From the NCBI GenBank assembly GCA_033442325.1, contig JAWQFM010000014.1, forward strand, positions 773,792-837,791: a DNA stretch of 64,000 bases, in the 5' to 3' direction. The stretch comes from Salpingoeca rosetta. Its lineage: Eukaryota; Protista; Choanoflagellata. This document shows positions 35,891 to 54,240 of the stretch, piece by piece (position 1 is the first letter of the stretch; every line of letters starts with the position of its first letter). Position numbers and translations under genes: made by a program. The notes under the pieces are model-generated. The model saw nothing but the letters and a program-made list of their open reading frames with translations, did not search any database and was not told the origin of the DNA.

Positions 35891-35948
35891 CACGACGAAC
35901 CACACGACGAACCACACGACGAACCACACGACGAACCACGCACGACGA
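35891..35948. repeat. 12-bp minisatellite (CACGACGAACCA)x4 plus partial copy in divergent intergenic region
   Basis: Four perfect copies at 35891-35938, just upstream of ATG 35973. Confidence 0.9.
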
Positions 35949-35972
35949 CAATAAGACAGGGAGCCAGGACCA

Positions 35973-40720
<4,748 letters not shown>

Positions 40721-41729
40721 TGTACATACACAATAACAACGACAACAGTGTGGTGTGACATGTGATGTGACTGTTTGCGCGTGTGTCAGGTGCGAGTTTG
40801 GGTCGAGTGTTTTTATGGGAAATGATGTGAAACACGACTTCCGTTGACGTCGCTGCACTGCGTGTTGCAGTGCACACGCCCAACACAAACACACCAGCCC
40901 GCTCAACTCAAAACAACAACCATCTGCACTTCACCAGCCAACGTCATCAGATCCCAAAATTTGGCCTCAAATTTCAAAAACGGATGAATTTGTTGCGTGC
41001 CCGGACAACACATCGCAACACCCAAACGCACACAACCGACCTGACGAATGATGAAAACTTCCACCCAACCATACACACCCACACCCAACCACACGAGAAC
41101 ACCCAAGGGCAGACATGGAGGAGGAAGAGGACCACGCGCTGCAAAGAGACCCGGCCAGCCCATGCCAGCGATTTCGAGCGCTCGAAGCCTGACGGACCCT
41201 TGCTGTCACTGACTGACAAAGCCAACCAACCAACCACTGCCTGACATGACTGCATGCTGTGTGGTTGGTTGTGAGTAATGGACACAACCCATGCCCAAAA
41301 CACATTGTGACAACGCGGTCAGGCGCGAGCACACAGCGAGGTTCCCTTCTGTGAATGCACTTGGCTTTTGTGCCAATCGCCTCAGCGCACGCAGCGCACA
41401 ACGAACAGGAACAAGAAGAAGCAGCTTCCAGGCAGGGGATATCGGTTGCTTCACAACCAACCAACCAACCTTCATTTCCCCCATTTCCATCGACACTCCA
41501 AACCGAGACAAGCAGCTGGCGTCCTTGTGCAAGTAGGCGCTTACAGCTCGACGTATACCCACCCATCTTTTGCGTCACGCCACAGGCACCACCACCCTCT
41601 CCCAATACAACCAGGAGCAAGAAGCAAAAGACAGGGACTACTACAAGCACGACGTTCACTGCACCAGCGGGAACCAAGTCTGACTGCAACCAGTCAGGAC
41701 AAGGCACATCACATCACATCGAATCAGGC

Positions 41730-44578
41730 ATGCGTGCTTCTGGTCCGGCGATGAGAGGCGGTCTCAACCGCTTCCGCCGCACTTCCCCGACTCTCGGCTT
41801 CCTCTTCTCCACGGCAGCTCTTCTGGTGGCTTTGACACCAGGGGCACAGGCGGCCTTGAACAACTATGATGATCCGCTGAGCTATTCCTGCCCTTCCGGC
41901 CAAGGTCTCGTGTCCGTCTCGTCCTGGCACTCCAACAACGACGGTGAGTTGAATTTTGGTGAAGTGAGGGGGAGAGTGGCGACAAGGAGCATGCCTATGT
42001 GCGTGTTTGTGCGTGTATGTGCGTGTGTATGTGTACCAGCTTGCACCTTGCGCGTTTGTGTGTATGTGTGTGTGTGCGTGTACCAGCTTGCACCTTGCGC
42101 GTTTGTTTGTTTGTTTGATTGTTTGTGTGTTTGTTTGTTGATTGTGTCTGCTTCGTCGCCACTTCCTCACACGCCGACGACATTGTTTGCTTTCCCCCGT
42201 CTTCATTCCTTGCTCGAGCGCAGAGGATCGCGTGTGGTCGCTGGGTTGCACCTCGGTTGGTGCGTGGAGTTCATCAGACTCTTGGACTGGATATCTCAAC
42301 AACTTTGACCATGCCCTCAGCTACAGCTGCCCTTCCAACAAATGTAAGCCCTACAACAACAAGATGAGACGCCCCAAAGACAACCATCTTTCCAGAACGG
42401 GTGCTGAGCGAGTTTGTGCTTTGCTTGTGTGCTACTTTGTGTTCGCGGGCATGTGTTACCCACTACTCGACGAGGGCACACCTTTGCTACTATTGCTGGT
42501 TTTCGTGACACCGCTTCTCACAACTCACTACTTCCACGTCCCCACGCTTGCTCAGATGTGAGCGGGCTTGCAAGCTACCACAGCAACAACGTAAGCGCCT
42601 GGCATCTTGTATTTGCTTACTCCTTTGTTGCTTTGTTCGCTTGCTGTTCTGTTCTGCCATCAACACACGCGGTTTCATTCCCTCTCCCACCCTGCCAATC
42701 TCTCACTCACACACACACACACACGCACACGCTCACACACACGCTCACACACACGCACACACTCACACACACGCACACTCTTACTCTCTCCCACTCATAC
42801 ACATACAGGACGAGGATCGTCGGTGGAAGGTTCGGTGCTCCAGCATTGGCGGCGGCTCGCTGTCGAACTGCAACTTTGGACCGCAGGAGAACACATACGA
42901 CAACCCGCTTGATTACAACTCCCCAGCAAGCACAGTCATCACGGGTGTCTCCTCCACACACAGCAATCATGACGGTGAGTAATCGTAGCCTTGGTTATCA
43001 TTTGCTCTCCGTGTTGTGTGACATGAAGGGAATCAGCCGGCTGTACTGTAGTACTGTGGCTTTTGTCTCGCCAACACGCACAAGCACACCCGACCTCTTC
43101 CTCTCTCTCTCTCTCTCTCTGACATTCACACCACATTTCCCCATCCGCACTTCGCTCACAGAGGACCGCGTGTGGAGTTTCCGAACGTGCCGGGTAAGAA
43201 CAGGCTCACAGCGTGCATGGCTGTGTGGTGTCTTGTGCGTCCAAATTCAATCTGACATCGAATGATTCGCATTGAAAAATGTGTTTCTCGCGCTTGATCG
43301 TATCTCTCCGTCACGTGCCACGAGAACAAGAGCTGACACCCACGATTTGCATTTACCACAGATCAACTGTGACCGCAACAACGGATACAGGCTGAACGGC
43401 CGCGCGTGCGACTGTGAGTCCAGTCAACCTTGATGAGATGGCGATTGCCTGTGCGTGTGTGAGAGAGTGTGTAGGTGGCGGTGCTTATGATCTTATTACA
43501 GTACACACCCACGCGTCACATTGTCTGCGTTTATCACCAACATCTACTCATACGCACGCGCACATGAACACACTTGCCCCGCCCCCAACAGTGCAATCCT
43601 GCAGCCCGTTGTCGCTTGCAAATGGCGTCACAGAGGGAAGCTGCTCTGGCAACTTCGGTAAGACAGAACACCATACACTGCACTGGATGCTACTAGTCTG
43701 CCGTCGCACCAACTTCCTGTCACTCAATTGCTTGTGGTTGAGGAGGTGGACGTCGTGTGCAACTTAACACAAGCACGTCATCAAATCAACACACTGACAC
43801 GCCCCCCGTGCACACACCATCCGCTCATGTGTCCAGGTGATGAATGCAAGTACAAGGAGTGCAACGCGGGCTACGAAATGACAGTATTTGGATCAACGAT
43901 GCGCAAGTGTGATTGGATTGGCAGCGACGTTGGCTGGACCAACACCGCCAAGGAGTGCATAGGTGCGAACACCATCATGTCATGCACACACACACACACA
44001 CATACCTGAGCACTACAACGCTACCTGCACATCCCTATCGCGTAAACTCACCATCAATGACCTGCCATTACCACATCTCGTGCACGCATGCAGACATTGA
44101 CGAGTGCCTGACTGGCGAGGAGGACTGCTATCCAGGCTCCGTGTGTGTCAACACGGAGGGATCGTACTACTGCGTGTGCGAGTTTGGAGAGCAGCAGGAG
44201 AGCAGCTGCTTTGGTACGTTGAATACAGCGCCTGTGTGCAATCATTTGTTGGTACATACTGTTGGAGGGCTTACCTTGCCTGATTGAGAAAGAATTACCG
44301 CGGTACTTGACAAATTGCCGTCTCTCCCCCTCCCTTCCTCATCAACTGCTGAACGGCAGTTGAGGTTCCGACCATCACGCTTGATCTCGGCCTCACTGAG
44401 ATGACCATCAACATCGACGGCGAGTGGGGCAACACCTTCCCCAAGTACAGGGTAAGTTGGTGGCATGAGGGTGGCAAATGCGTGGTTGCTTGATCACTTG
44501 GGTTGAGTCGAAGCAAGTTATGGGGGTGGTCGCCGTTCTCCTGTTTCCATGCGGTTCCTCACATAAACACACACGCAT

Positions 44579-44642
<64 letters not shown>

Positions 44643-45060
44643 CACAACACACACGCACACACGCACACACACACCCCCTCGCAATACGTGGCTTAATAGG
44701 TGTCCGTTGCACGCTGGTCGTATGATCTGGCGGCCAAAGAGGACATCCCCGGATTCCCAAAGACGATCCGCAAGCCGTTCACTAGCCACCGTGTCATCAA
44801 CCTGGAGGCTGGTACCCGCTTCAGGGTGAGTTTGTATTGTATGTGTGTGTACGTGTGTGCGTGTGTGCGTGTATGTGTTCATGGGCGTGTGCGTGTATGC
44901 GTGTGTGTACATGCGCGCGTTCACCTGTACTGCGCTCTCAAAACCTGCTACCATCACCCTTCATTCTCCCTCCCTTCCTCCCCCCTCTCTCACTCTCACT
45001 CACATAACACACACACACACACACACACACACTCTCTCTCTCTCCCTCTCTCACACTCAC

Positions 45061-45127
<67 letters not shown>

Positions 45128-45682
45128 TGTCACCTGTTTGCTTCACCAAACAAACCAACAGGTGACCCTGACACCTGTTGGCAACAATGATGAAGAGATT
45201 CCGTACTTTTTACAGCTTGCCCTGACACCCGAAGGCAACGATCCCCAGACCATCTGCGGCTGCATTCCAGCTGATCCAACTGGTGCGCCCACCGACTTCC
45301 AGATTAGGCAGTTCAAAGGACACGTGCTCTTCCGCTGGGCGGACCAGAGCCAGTGCGAGTCTGCCTTCTCCTTCACGCGCAACGGCGTTGGCCTGACGTC
45401 GCGGTTCCCCGTCACGGAGCAGCTGGCATGCGGCGCCATCCAGGAGCCAAACACCGTCTACGACGACCTCACCATCCAGTCGGCTGGCGACTACGCTGAA
45501 GTGGACGAGGCCCTCAACTACTTGCTGCCAGAAGGTGTGTTGCGATGCACGTAGCAAATGCATAATGTGATGTTACGTTGACATGGGTCACTCCTGCATT
45601 CGTCAAGTTGTCGTATGCATCCTTCGCTTCCCATCGTCAGTGCTCATGCTCATCATACCAACACACACACACACACATACAC

Positions 45683-45733
<51 letters not shown>

Positions 45734-48700
45734 CACACACACACACACACACACACCGCGTAGGCGACTTTTACCTGCGCCATTTCCTGGCCGTGGACAC
45801 GGGCGACACGCGCTTCATGTACCCGCACGAACTGCAGCGCCAGAGTAAGTTCGACGAGACGTGTGGCAGCTGTGGGAATCGGTGCTGTGGGCTGGCAGGC
45901 GCAGGCGTGATCTTCTTGTGATGTCCAATTCCGCCACTGCTCGTGTTCAATTCAAGTGGTTGTACTTCACTCACCCGCTCACACACTCACACTCACACTC
46001 ACACTTACACATACTCACACTCATGTCACACTCACACTCACACTCACACTCACACACTCACACGATGAAGAAACGCACTTCTCGTCGACGAGCACGACCA
46101 CGACGGCTGCGCCGCAGGGTGTGCCTGATGATGAGAACCGCTACTATCCCGGCACTTCCTCACCCGTCGCGTCGGTGTCGGAGTGCAAGGACCTGTGCGA
46201 CATTCGTTCAGACTGGTGCATCGCTTTTGCTGTGCAGACCAAAGGCGACGACACGCTCATGTGCCACCAGCTGCGCGTGATCCAAAACGCGACGCTGCGT
46301 GCAGGCGAGAAGAAGGCCGTCTCCTTTGAACGCGTGACTGTCACCGGCACCGGCGTCGACGGGTCGTACATCTTCGACGGCACGCAGGACGACTGCGAGG
46401 AAGCGTGCTCGGCACACGGCTCGTGTGATATGACCATGGTGGCTGCTGGCGTGTGCGCCGTCGTTGTCGACGCTGTCGAGACAGAGACTCCGCTCGCCCA
46501 ATCTGTGCACCCCGACATTGACCCGACATTCTCTCGCCGCATCCCTGGTCCTGAGCCCGGCACCACGCAGGAGTACTGCATCGAGGCAAACAAGCCCGAG
46601 TGGTACGACCTTCAGGGCTACTCCTCAGAGCCCACTTGCTCTAACTTCACAATCATGGTGAGTGTGCGTCCGTGCGTGTGCGTGTGCGTGTGCGTGTGCG
46701 TGTTGTGGGTTTGTTGTGTGGAAGTATGTGTACTTGTGTGCGCGTGCGGTTATGTAAACGGCCCGACACGTGCACTTGTGCAACTTTATCTGCCTTTGAC
46801 TGGGTGCATGGTTGCGCTTGTCTGTCCTGATGCAACACACCCATTCACCTTCACGCGTGTCTCGCGTTCTCTTGTCCACGCCCCATCACATCCATCCATC
46901 CTGTTATCACCTGGTGCAGTGGGAGAGCCAACTTGAGGGCCAGATTGCCATCGACTCCAAGGAAATCCACCTCCCCGTGGAAGGCGTTGAGGTTGAGTTT
47001 GAAATTGGCGGACTGGTGCGTGGGCGTCGCATCACCAACGAGGACGGAAAGTTCTCCATCCACATCCTCTCGGACAAGCTGGTTGGCAGCCGCCACCGCA
47101 TGACGCTCCGCTTCTCCAAGACCACGGGCAACATCAAGCACACCTTCACCTGCGGTGGCATTGCATGCACAGAGACCACGCTCATCATGGAACACCTTCG
47201 CTTTGACCACACAGTCAACGTTCGTGATTCGACCTCCCTCCCGTTCAGTGGTATCGTCTCCATTGGGGGCACGGAGCACGAGGGTCTTCCTGACGGCTGC
47301 CCGCTCAAGGACGTCGAGGTTTGCCTGTACGACCGCAACCAGGCCAACACCCTTGTCAACTGCGACCTGACGGATTCCAAGGGCCGCTACCTCGTGCGCG
47401 CTGTCCTCGGCACATCTGTCACCGTCGGCCTCACCTTTGCCAACTCGTCCCACACGTTTGAGCGCGCACCGTACAAGAGAGATGCAGCCAACGCCCCTTC
47501 GGGCATCCTGCAACGTGTCGACGCCACCAACACGCTGGTGCGCACACTTTACTATGATGTGACGGACGGCAAGTTCTGGGAGAACATCAACTTCAAGGAC
47601 ACGACGTCTGACAGGGCGACAGTCGACATTGCTGGTGGGCTGTGCAACCTCAACCTCGGCGACGCGGTGATGGAGTTTCGGTATGACGCGTGCCCAACGT
47701 GGGTGAGGACACACACCATTTCTGACCGGCTGTCCAAGTGGACGCTGCCAGCGCAGATCATCACGGTGCGCTTCAAGGAGATAACGCGCAACTACGAGGT
47801 GCGCGGCGAGATTACGCGCTACTTCTCGGCCAAGCTGGGCAACTCGCGGTCGCTGTACTTGGACCTGCGCAACCCGCAGGAGGACGACGAGGACAAGAAG
47901 ACGGTGCGATTCGAGTACCGCCCACCACCGCAGCTGAGCGTGTCGTTTGACAAGGAGGAGAAGCACAACTGCAACAGCACAGAGGGCGATCGCCCCTTGC
48001 ACGTTGTGAGGCAGAACCAGGAGCTGAAGGTGACTGTGAAGGTCATTGAGGACTACGGCGAAGGCGTGGGCACGTGCGATGCGGTGCCGGGCCAGATTGA
48101 GGTTGAGAACCAGTTGGGCGAGTCGCCAGCCATCGTGGACGTGCTGAACGCCACCACCTCCCTCACCAACAAGCAGCTGAACAAGCTCAAGCAATGCTAC
48201 GACACGTGCCTCATGGACGTGAAGATGGACGAGGAGCTGCAGGATGGCGAGACAGTGTACTCGAACACGCGCATTGAGCTGAACATCATGACGGGCGAGC
48301 CAGAGACCAACCCACAGGCCGTCAACCCAGAGAACCCGTACTCCAAGCTCTTCCGCGTCACCATGCACAACCTCCCACAGGACCCCGTCACCGTGTACGA
48401 GAAGGTGGTGGTGATTGGCGACAAGGTCATCTCCAAGTACTTTAGCGTGCCCTTCCCGCGCTATCAGCCGCTTGCAGTGGTGCAGGATCCGCCCGGTGGC
48501 CTGTCCACCGTCACGTACTCCAAGGCGTACAGCAACTACTTTATGAAGAGCCACACGCACGAGGAGTATCATGGGTTCTACTTCACCACGGGGCTTGCTC
48601 CCGTCAAGGTGGAGACGGGCGTGCAGCAATGCACCGGTCTCGGTGCTGCCGTGTGCACCAAGGTGGCGGACACGGAATCCACCCCATTCAAGATCAGCGT

Positions 48701-51700
48701 TGACCAAACTCATGTAAGCGATTGTGTGTTGTGTGTGTGCGGCATTGTTTGCGTGTGTGTATCGCATTGTTTGCGTGATTGTGTGTGTACACTTGCGTTT
48801 GTGCAAACTTTGTGCGCGCAGCTTTGTTGAAGCGTGCCGTGACCTTGCCTTTCACGCTCTTCTTGACCTCACCTGCTCACAAACGCTCTCACACTCCTAC
48901 TTTGCTGCCCCTGCTTGTCTCTTCATTACTCCACCAGACTTTTGGCAGCATGGATCCCGACGACAACTACAACTCTGAGCGCGTGTGGTCGTTTGGAATT
49001 GAGCTGACGACGTCCGATGACGTGATGACGGCTGGTGAGAAGTCCGACATGTTCCTCGTGCCCGCCCTCAACGTGGTGTGGCTGGAGACGGAGGAGGTGT
49101 CGTTTGACGTGGAGCAGTGCCAGGCGGCCAAGGAGACCAAGGTCAAGTGGAGCCTCGAGGGCCAGGAAAACAGAGAGGTGCTGAGCTGGGTGTCTGCGTT
49201 TGAGATTGAGAACAAGGAGCTCCCAGACCTTCGCAAGCTGCTCGCTCTCGCCGAACAGCCGCCAGGCGATGACGACGACGACACGGAGGAGGATAGGGCG
49301 GAAAAGATTGCTGAGCTGAAGCGCGCGATCAAGGCGTGGGAGAGCAACCTGGACCGCAACAAGGAGGTGCGGCAGAAGGCGGCCGACGGGCTGCTGGAGC
49401 CCGTGCAGAACATGTGGGCAAAGGGTAACGCCGAGTTTGACTGCTTGCCGAGCATTGCGCCCAACAAGGACCCGAAGAAGGCAGCCAAGATTGAAGGCGA
49501 ATTGTCACGGACCAAGGTGTGTAACGGCTTTGACGTGGATCGCATTGCCGACAAGGCGAAGAAGGGCATTTCGCTCGCCCCACACGACGACATCGACAAT
49601 GCAAAGGACTTGGACGGCCTTGCCGCATCAGACCAGGACAAGCAAGACCTGCGCAACATCGACACAATCAAGTTCTCTGGCGGCGGGTCCACGTACACGT
49701 TTGAGTACGACCTGTCACGCGGCGACAGCGTGATTGGCGGCAGTTCGCGAACGCACGAGGTGTCTGCTGGCATTGATGTTGAATTTGGGTTCAAGGTGTT
49801 CGGTGTGGGAATGAGCTTTGAGCTGTCCACGGGGTACAACTACGAAGGCACGGTTGCTGACGAGTATGAGGCTGGTGTTTCGACAGAGGGCACCCTTTCC
49901 GTGACGCTCGGTGACCCGGACCCATTTGACGTCTTTGACGTCGGCGTCTTCCTGCACCCCGACTACGGCACATTTGTCTTCGCCACCTTCTCAGGTCAAT
50001 CGTCGTGCCCACACGAGCCCAACACCGTGCAGCTGGAGAAGCCGAGTGTGAGTGTTCTGAAGCGGCCAGAGGCGCCCGTGCTGCCCGGTGAACCCGCCGT
50101 GTTCGAGCTCCTGCTCAAGAACGATGGTCCAGTCACATCTGACTTTAACGTGAGTGTCGTGGTTGCGGTGGTTGCGTTTGCGATTGTGTTGATGTGTTTG
50201 GACTTGCATTGCATGCTTGCATTGTGGCGGCATTCCTTGTCCTGGTATGGTCAGCAACAGTTGAGCAGACACGTGTCCTGCACGTTCCCACATATTTACA
50301 CTTTGTTCTCACAATCATCTCATCTCCCCTCCTCCACTCCTCCGAACTCCGGTCCCCGTCCCATCCCACAACATGCGCAGCTGTTTTATCTGTCGTGGCT
50401 GAACCAAGACGGCCTTGAAGTTGTGGCCAACGGACAGGCGCTGGAGACGGCACTCATCTTTGAGGGTTTCCCCGCCAACTCGGCAAGGTACATCACCATC
50501 ACCGTGAACCAGGGCCCAAGCAAGTTCAAGTACGACCCTGTTGCCATTGGCTGGCGGTCGCTGTGCGAGGCCGACAGGCACCCTGACAACGGCTACATCA
50601 CGGACGAGGTGACGAGCGTGGAGTACGTGTACTTGGAGGCCGAGTTCCTGCAGCCGTGCAGCCCCGTGAAGCTTGTTGGCGAGATTGGCGAGTCTGGCGC
50701 GTTCACCCTCAACCAGGAGACGATGGAGCAGGACTACAAGCCCGGCCAGATCCGCGTCGTTGCCTTCAACCCGGACCATGCCGAGCGCACGTGGCTGGAG
50801 GACGATCGCCTGGAGAAGGTCGTCATCGAGTTCAAGCCCGTCAACTCGTACGTCTGGCTGCTGGCCCGCGACGAGAACGGGGATGCACTGGACATTCGCG
50901 AGCGTGAGAACGAGTATGGCTACATAACGTCGTGGTGGGACGCGTCCACGCTGCTTGAGGGCGACTACCACCTCCGCATCCGCGCGCAGTGCCAGGCGTC
51001 CATCAACGAGGTGCCCGATGGCATTGACGAAAAGCTGTCGTTGGTGGCAGCTGGTGTCGTTGATCGCGACCCGCCGGTCGTTTTTGGATTCCCTGAGCCC
51101 GCGGATGGCGAGTTCTTCCCTGGCGACGAGATCTCGTTCCAGTTCAACGAGGACGTGGAGTGCCGGCAGCCGTTCATCTTCCAAGTGTCGCTGACGGTGG
51201 AGGACTACGACCGCGACTTCAACAACAACAACATGGTGATTGTGTGCGAGGGCCGCAAGATCTCCATGTCCCTTCGCCGCGGATTCCGCTACGACGAGGT
51301 CAACGGCCTCACCGCCACAGTCGTCATCGAGAACGTCAAGGACCTCAACGGCAACCAAATGGAGTTCCCACCCGAGCACACGTTCACCTTTGCAGAGCTG
51401 AACCTTGCGGATGCCAGCGTCACGCTGAGCGGCCTCGTCGTCAACGTCCCATATCAGGACGTGTATGCCGACACGACGTCGCAGGAGTATGCAGACTTTG
51501 CTGGCGTGCTGCAGACGGAGCTGGCCACTGTTGTGGACACGGACCCGTCACGTGTGACCATCACGGGCATCTCTCCCGTCGACGCGACCAACTACAACTC
51601 TGGCATCACCGTCTCGCTCCGTTTTACGCCTGAAGGAACAGACACAGCAGCTACTGGCCGTCGCCGTCGTGCTACCACTTCGACTGCCACGGATCTCGCC

Positions 51701-52395
51701 AGCCTGCTGCAGAGCCGGCTGCAGAACGCCACGTACACGGAATCGCTCTCTGTCCTCAACTCTGCCTCGCTGGACGAGGCAGCGATAGTTGATGTGGAGC
51801 CATCTGCGACTGACACGGCACAGCAGCAGACATCGAGCAGCAACACGGGCGGTGCCTCTGCATCGACATCCCTCTCTTCCGGCACCTCCACCTCATCTTC
51901 GGATTCCTGGGCAGGCATCAAGCTTGGTGAGTGGGCTAGCTTGCGACGGGTAGAAGGGCAGGAGTGGTTTCGTGGTGCATGCGTGCGTGTACATGTGCGT
52001 GTGTGTGCGTGTGTACGCATGGGGCGTGATGCATGCGTGCCGCCTTGGTGTTTGCCGGCTTTGATCTTTGTGATGTCTCCCTCTTCGCCCTGCTCCCCAC
52101 CCACACCCAAATGTGCTCACCTCACAATCTTGCTTTGTGCACGTTTTCAATCGCAGATGCATCCTTGGCGCTGAACATTGCCCAGTTGCTGATTGTGATT
52201 GCGGTGTTTGCCCGCATGTACGGGTGCGCTGGAAAGAACAAGGGCGCTGAGCACGATGATGCTGATGCAAGTGGCGAGAAGAAAGCCACGGGTGATTCGC
52301 AGAGCGAGCAGTCAACCAAGTGGTTTAAGCCCTGGAGCCGCAGCATGTCGGCCAAAGTGAAGCCGTTCACGGCTGAACCAGAAAATGCCGTCTGA
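41730..52395 (+). CDS. Very large type I membrane protein: signal peptide, dermatopontin (DERM) domain, sushi, Ca-binding EGF, PAN-like, long bacterial-type beta-sandwich core, SEA-like/RRRR region, TM helix, short tail
   Basis: Signal [21 protein letters not shown]. Three spliced repeats NxYDxPLxYSCP..GxxSxHSNxDEDRxW..C. Sushi [62 protein letters not shown]. Long exons 46920-51926. [25 protein letters not shown] at 52393-52395. Confidence 0.85.
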
Positions 52396-52443
52396 GCTGT
52401 TTGAGAGAAGTGGGGAAGGGTGGCGGCTTTGCCTTGGGTGCGT

Positions 52444-52488
<45 letters not shown>

Positions 52489-52809
52489 TGAGTGTGTGAG
52501 AGAGAGAGTGTGTGTGTGTGTGTGTGAGCGAGTATGTGTGTGTGTGTGCGTGTTGTTCAAGCCAGTTAACGCCAGTTCAGCTTGTCTGTTGTGACGATTG
52601 CATCGATGCATCAAAGTCTATTACACATTACCATTGACCAAGAAGAATATATGCTGTGCAAGCCAGGGAGAAAGTGTGTGATGGTGGGAAAGCAGCGTGG
52701 ATGGAAGGCAGCTAGCTGTGTGTGACATGATTGGTGACTTTTTTGCTGAGCACACCCGACTTTCAACACAACACACACACAGACCAGCAGGCCTCAGAGC
52801 CGCACACAA

Positions 52810-53887
52810 TCAGGGGTTCTGCCGGTAGTAGTCGTCCTTGAGATGCTCCACGCCATGAAAGAAGTTGTCTCTAATGTGTTGCAGCTGCTCGTGGCGCTTG
52901 GCAGAGAGAGTGATGGTGGGAACGAGCTCAGCCTCAGTGAAAATGCCAGCCTGGAACTGCTGCGGCCCAACACCTGGTCGAAGCATGTTCACCTCCGACC
53001 AGTCGTCGGACGGCGACGCGCGGTACCGAACAACGCCCAGCCTGTCCTTGTCAAAGAAGAAATGTTTGTACTTGGTTGGCTTGAGCTGCTGCTGCTGGCG
53101 AAACAGAAGCCCGAGGCGGGCGGTGTGGTTGCGGATAGGGACGGAGCCCGCGTTGGTCACGCTGTTGGCTGTAGATGAGCGCTTAATGATGTCCATAAAC
53201 TGTGTGGGCGTGAAGACATCTTCCGTCTTGAGCTTTCGCTTGATCAGGCCGAAGAAGGCGTCGTGCAGGCCCGCCGTGTGGCCTTGAAGCAGAAAGTGGT
53301 AATACACGGAGCACTTGAACACGTGTGCATAGGCGGCGAAGAAGAACAAGAATGTCCAATTCTTGTTTTGGGCGCCACAGTTGTCGGCCACGGCGTAGAG
53401 GAAGTCACGCCTGCCAATTGATGCTAGGCGGTGGTAAACGAGCGATGCGATGAAGTTGGCGCCGCGGACTTTCGGCGAGTCTTGTTCGTGCCACACATAA
53501 TTCATCTGTGTGCGTCGCGCCAAGTCCGCCACACCGAACGCCTCCACTTTCAGGCCGCTTTCATTGTACAACGCCTGATATCGACAACAACAAGCAGCGG
53601 GAAGTGAGACGAGAGGCAGAGACCAAAGCTGGCTCCACATGCCCACACCTGTTCTCGACACTCCTTGCACACGCCACATCAGCCAACCTTTGTCGGATCG
53701 AGGATGTGCGGGAGGCGAGTAGTGCCTGCCATGCCGAAGCTGATGACGTGGTGCCCTGCCTTGCCACCAAACTCAATCCAGTCGTTCATAAACTGGCGCT
53801 CAGCCTTGGCCAGCTTCAGGTGGTGAATCAGATACTCCCACATCTGTTCAATAATGCAGAAGCGATGCTCGCGTGAGTGCTAAACCA

Positions 53888-53968
<81 letters not shown>

Positions 53969-54161
53969 TCAACAGGCACCCGCACGCAGCGCTGTACCTC
54001 GCCGCTCTTAAGCTTCGAGCACGTGTCACACACATCTGTGCGGGTCTTGGCGTGTCCGATGTGCTTGAGGTGTTTCGCCCACACGCGCTTGAACGTGGCC
54101 AGCGACGTCGCATCACCTGTTATCGCCATGACCACACAGCTGTGTGAGGGCCAGCATGCAC

Positions 54162-54240
<79 letters not shown>

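Noticed and set aside
46851-48806. 651-aa antisense ORF (likewise 24283-25062 and 50315-51379)
   Set aside because: Shadow ORFs of strongly GC3-biased real exons on the opposite strand; no independent motifs.
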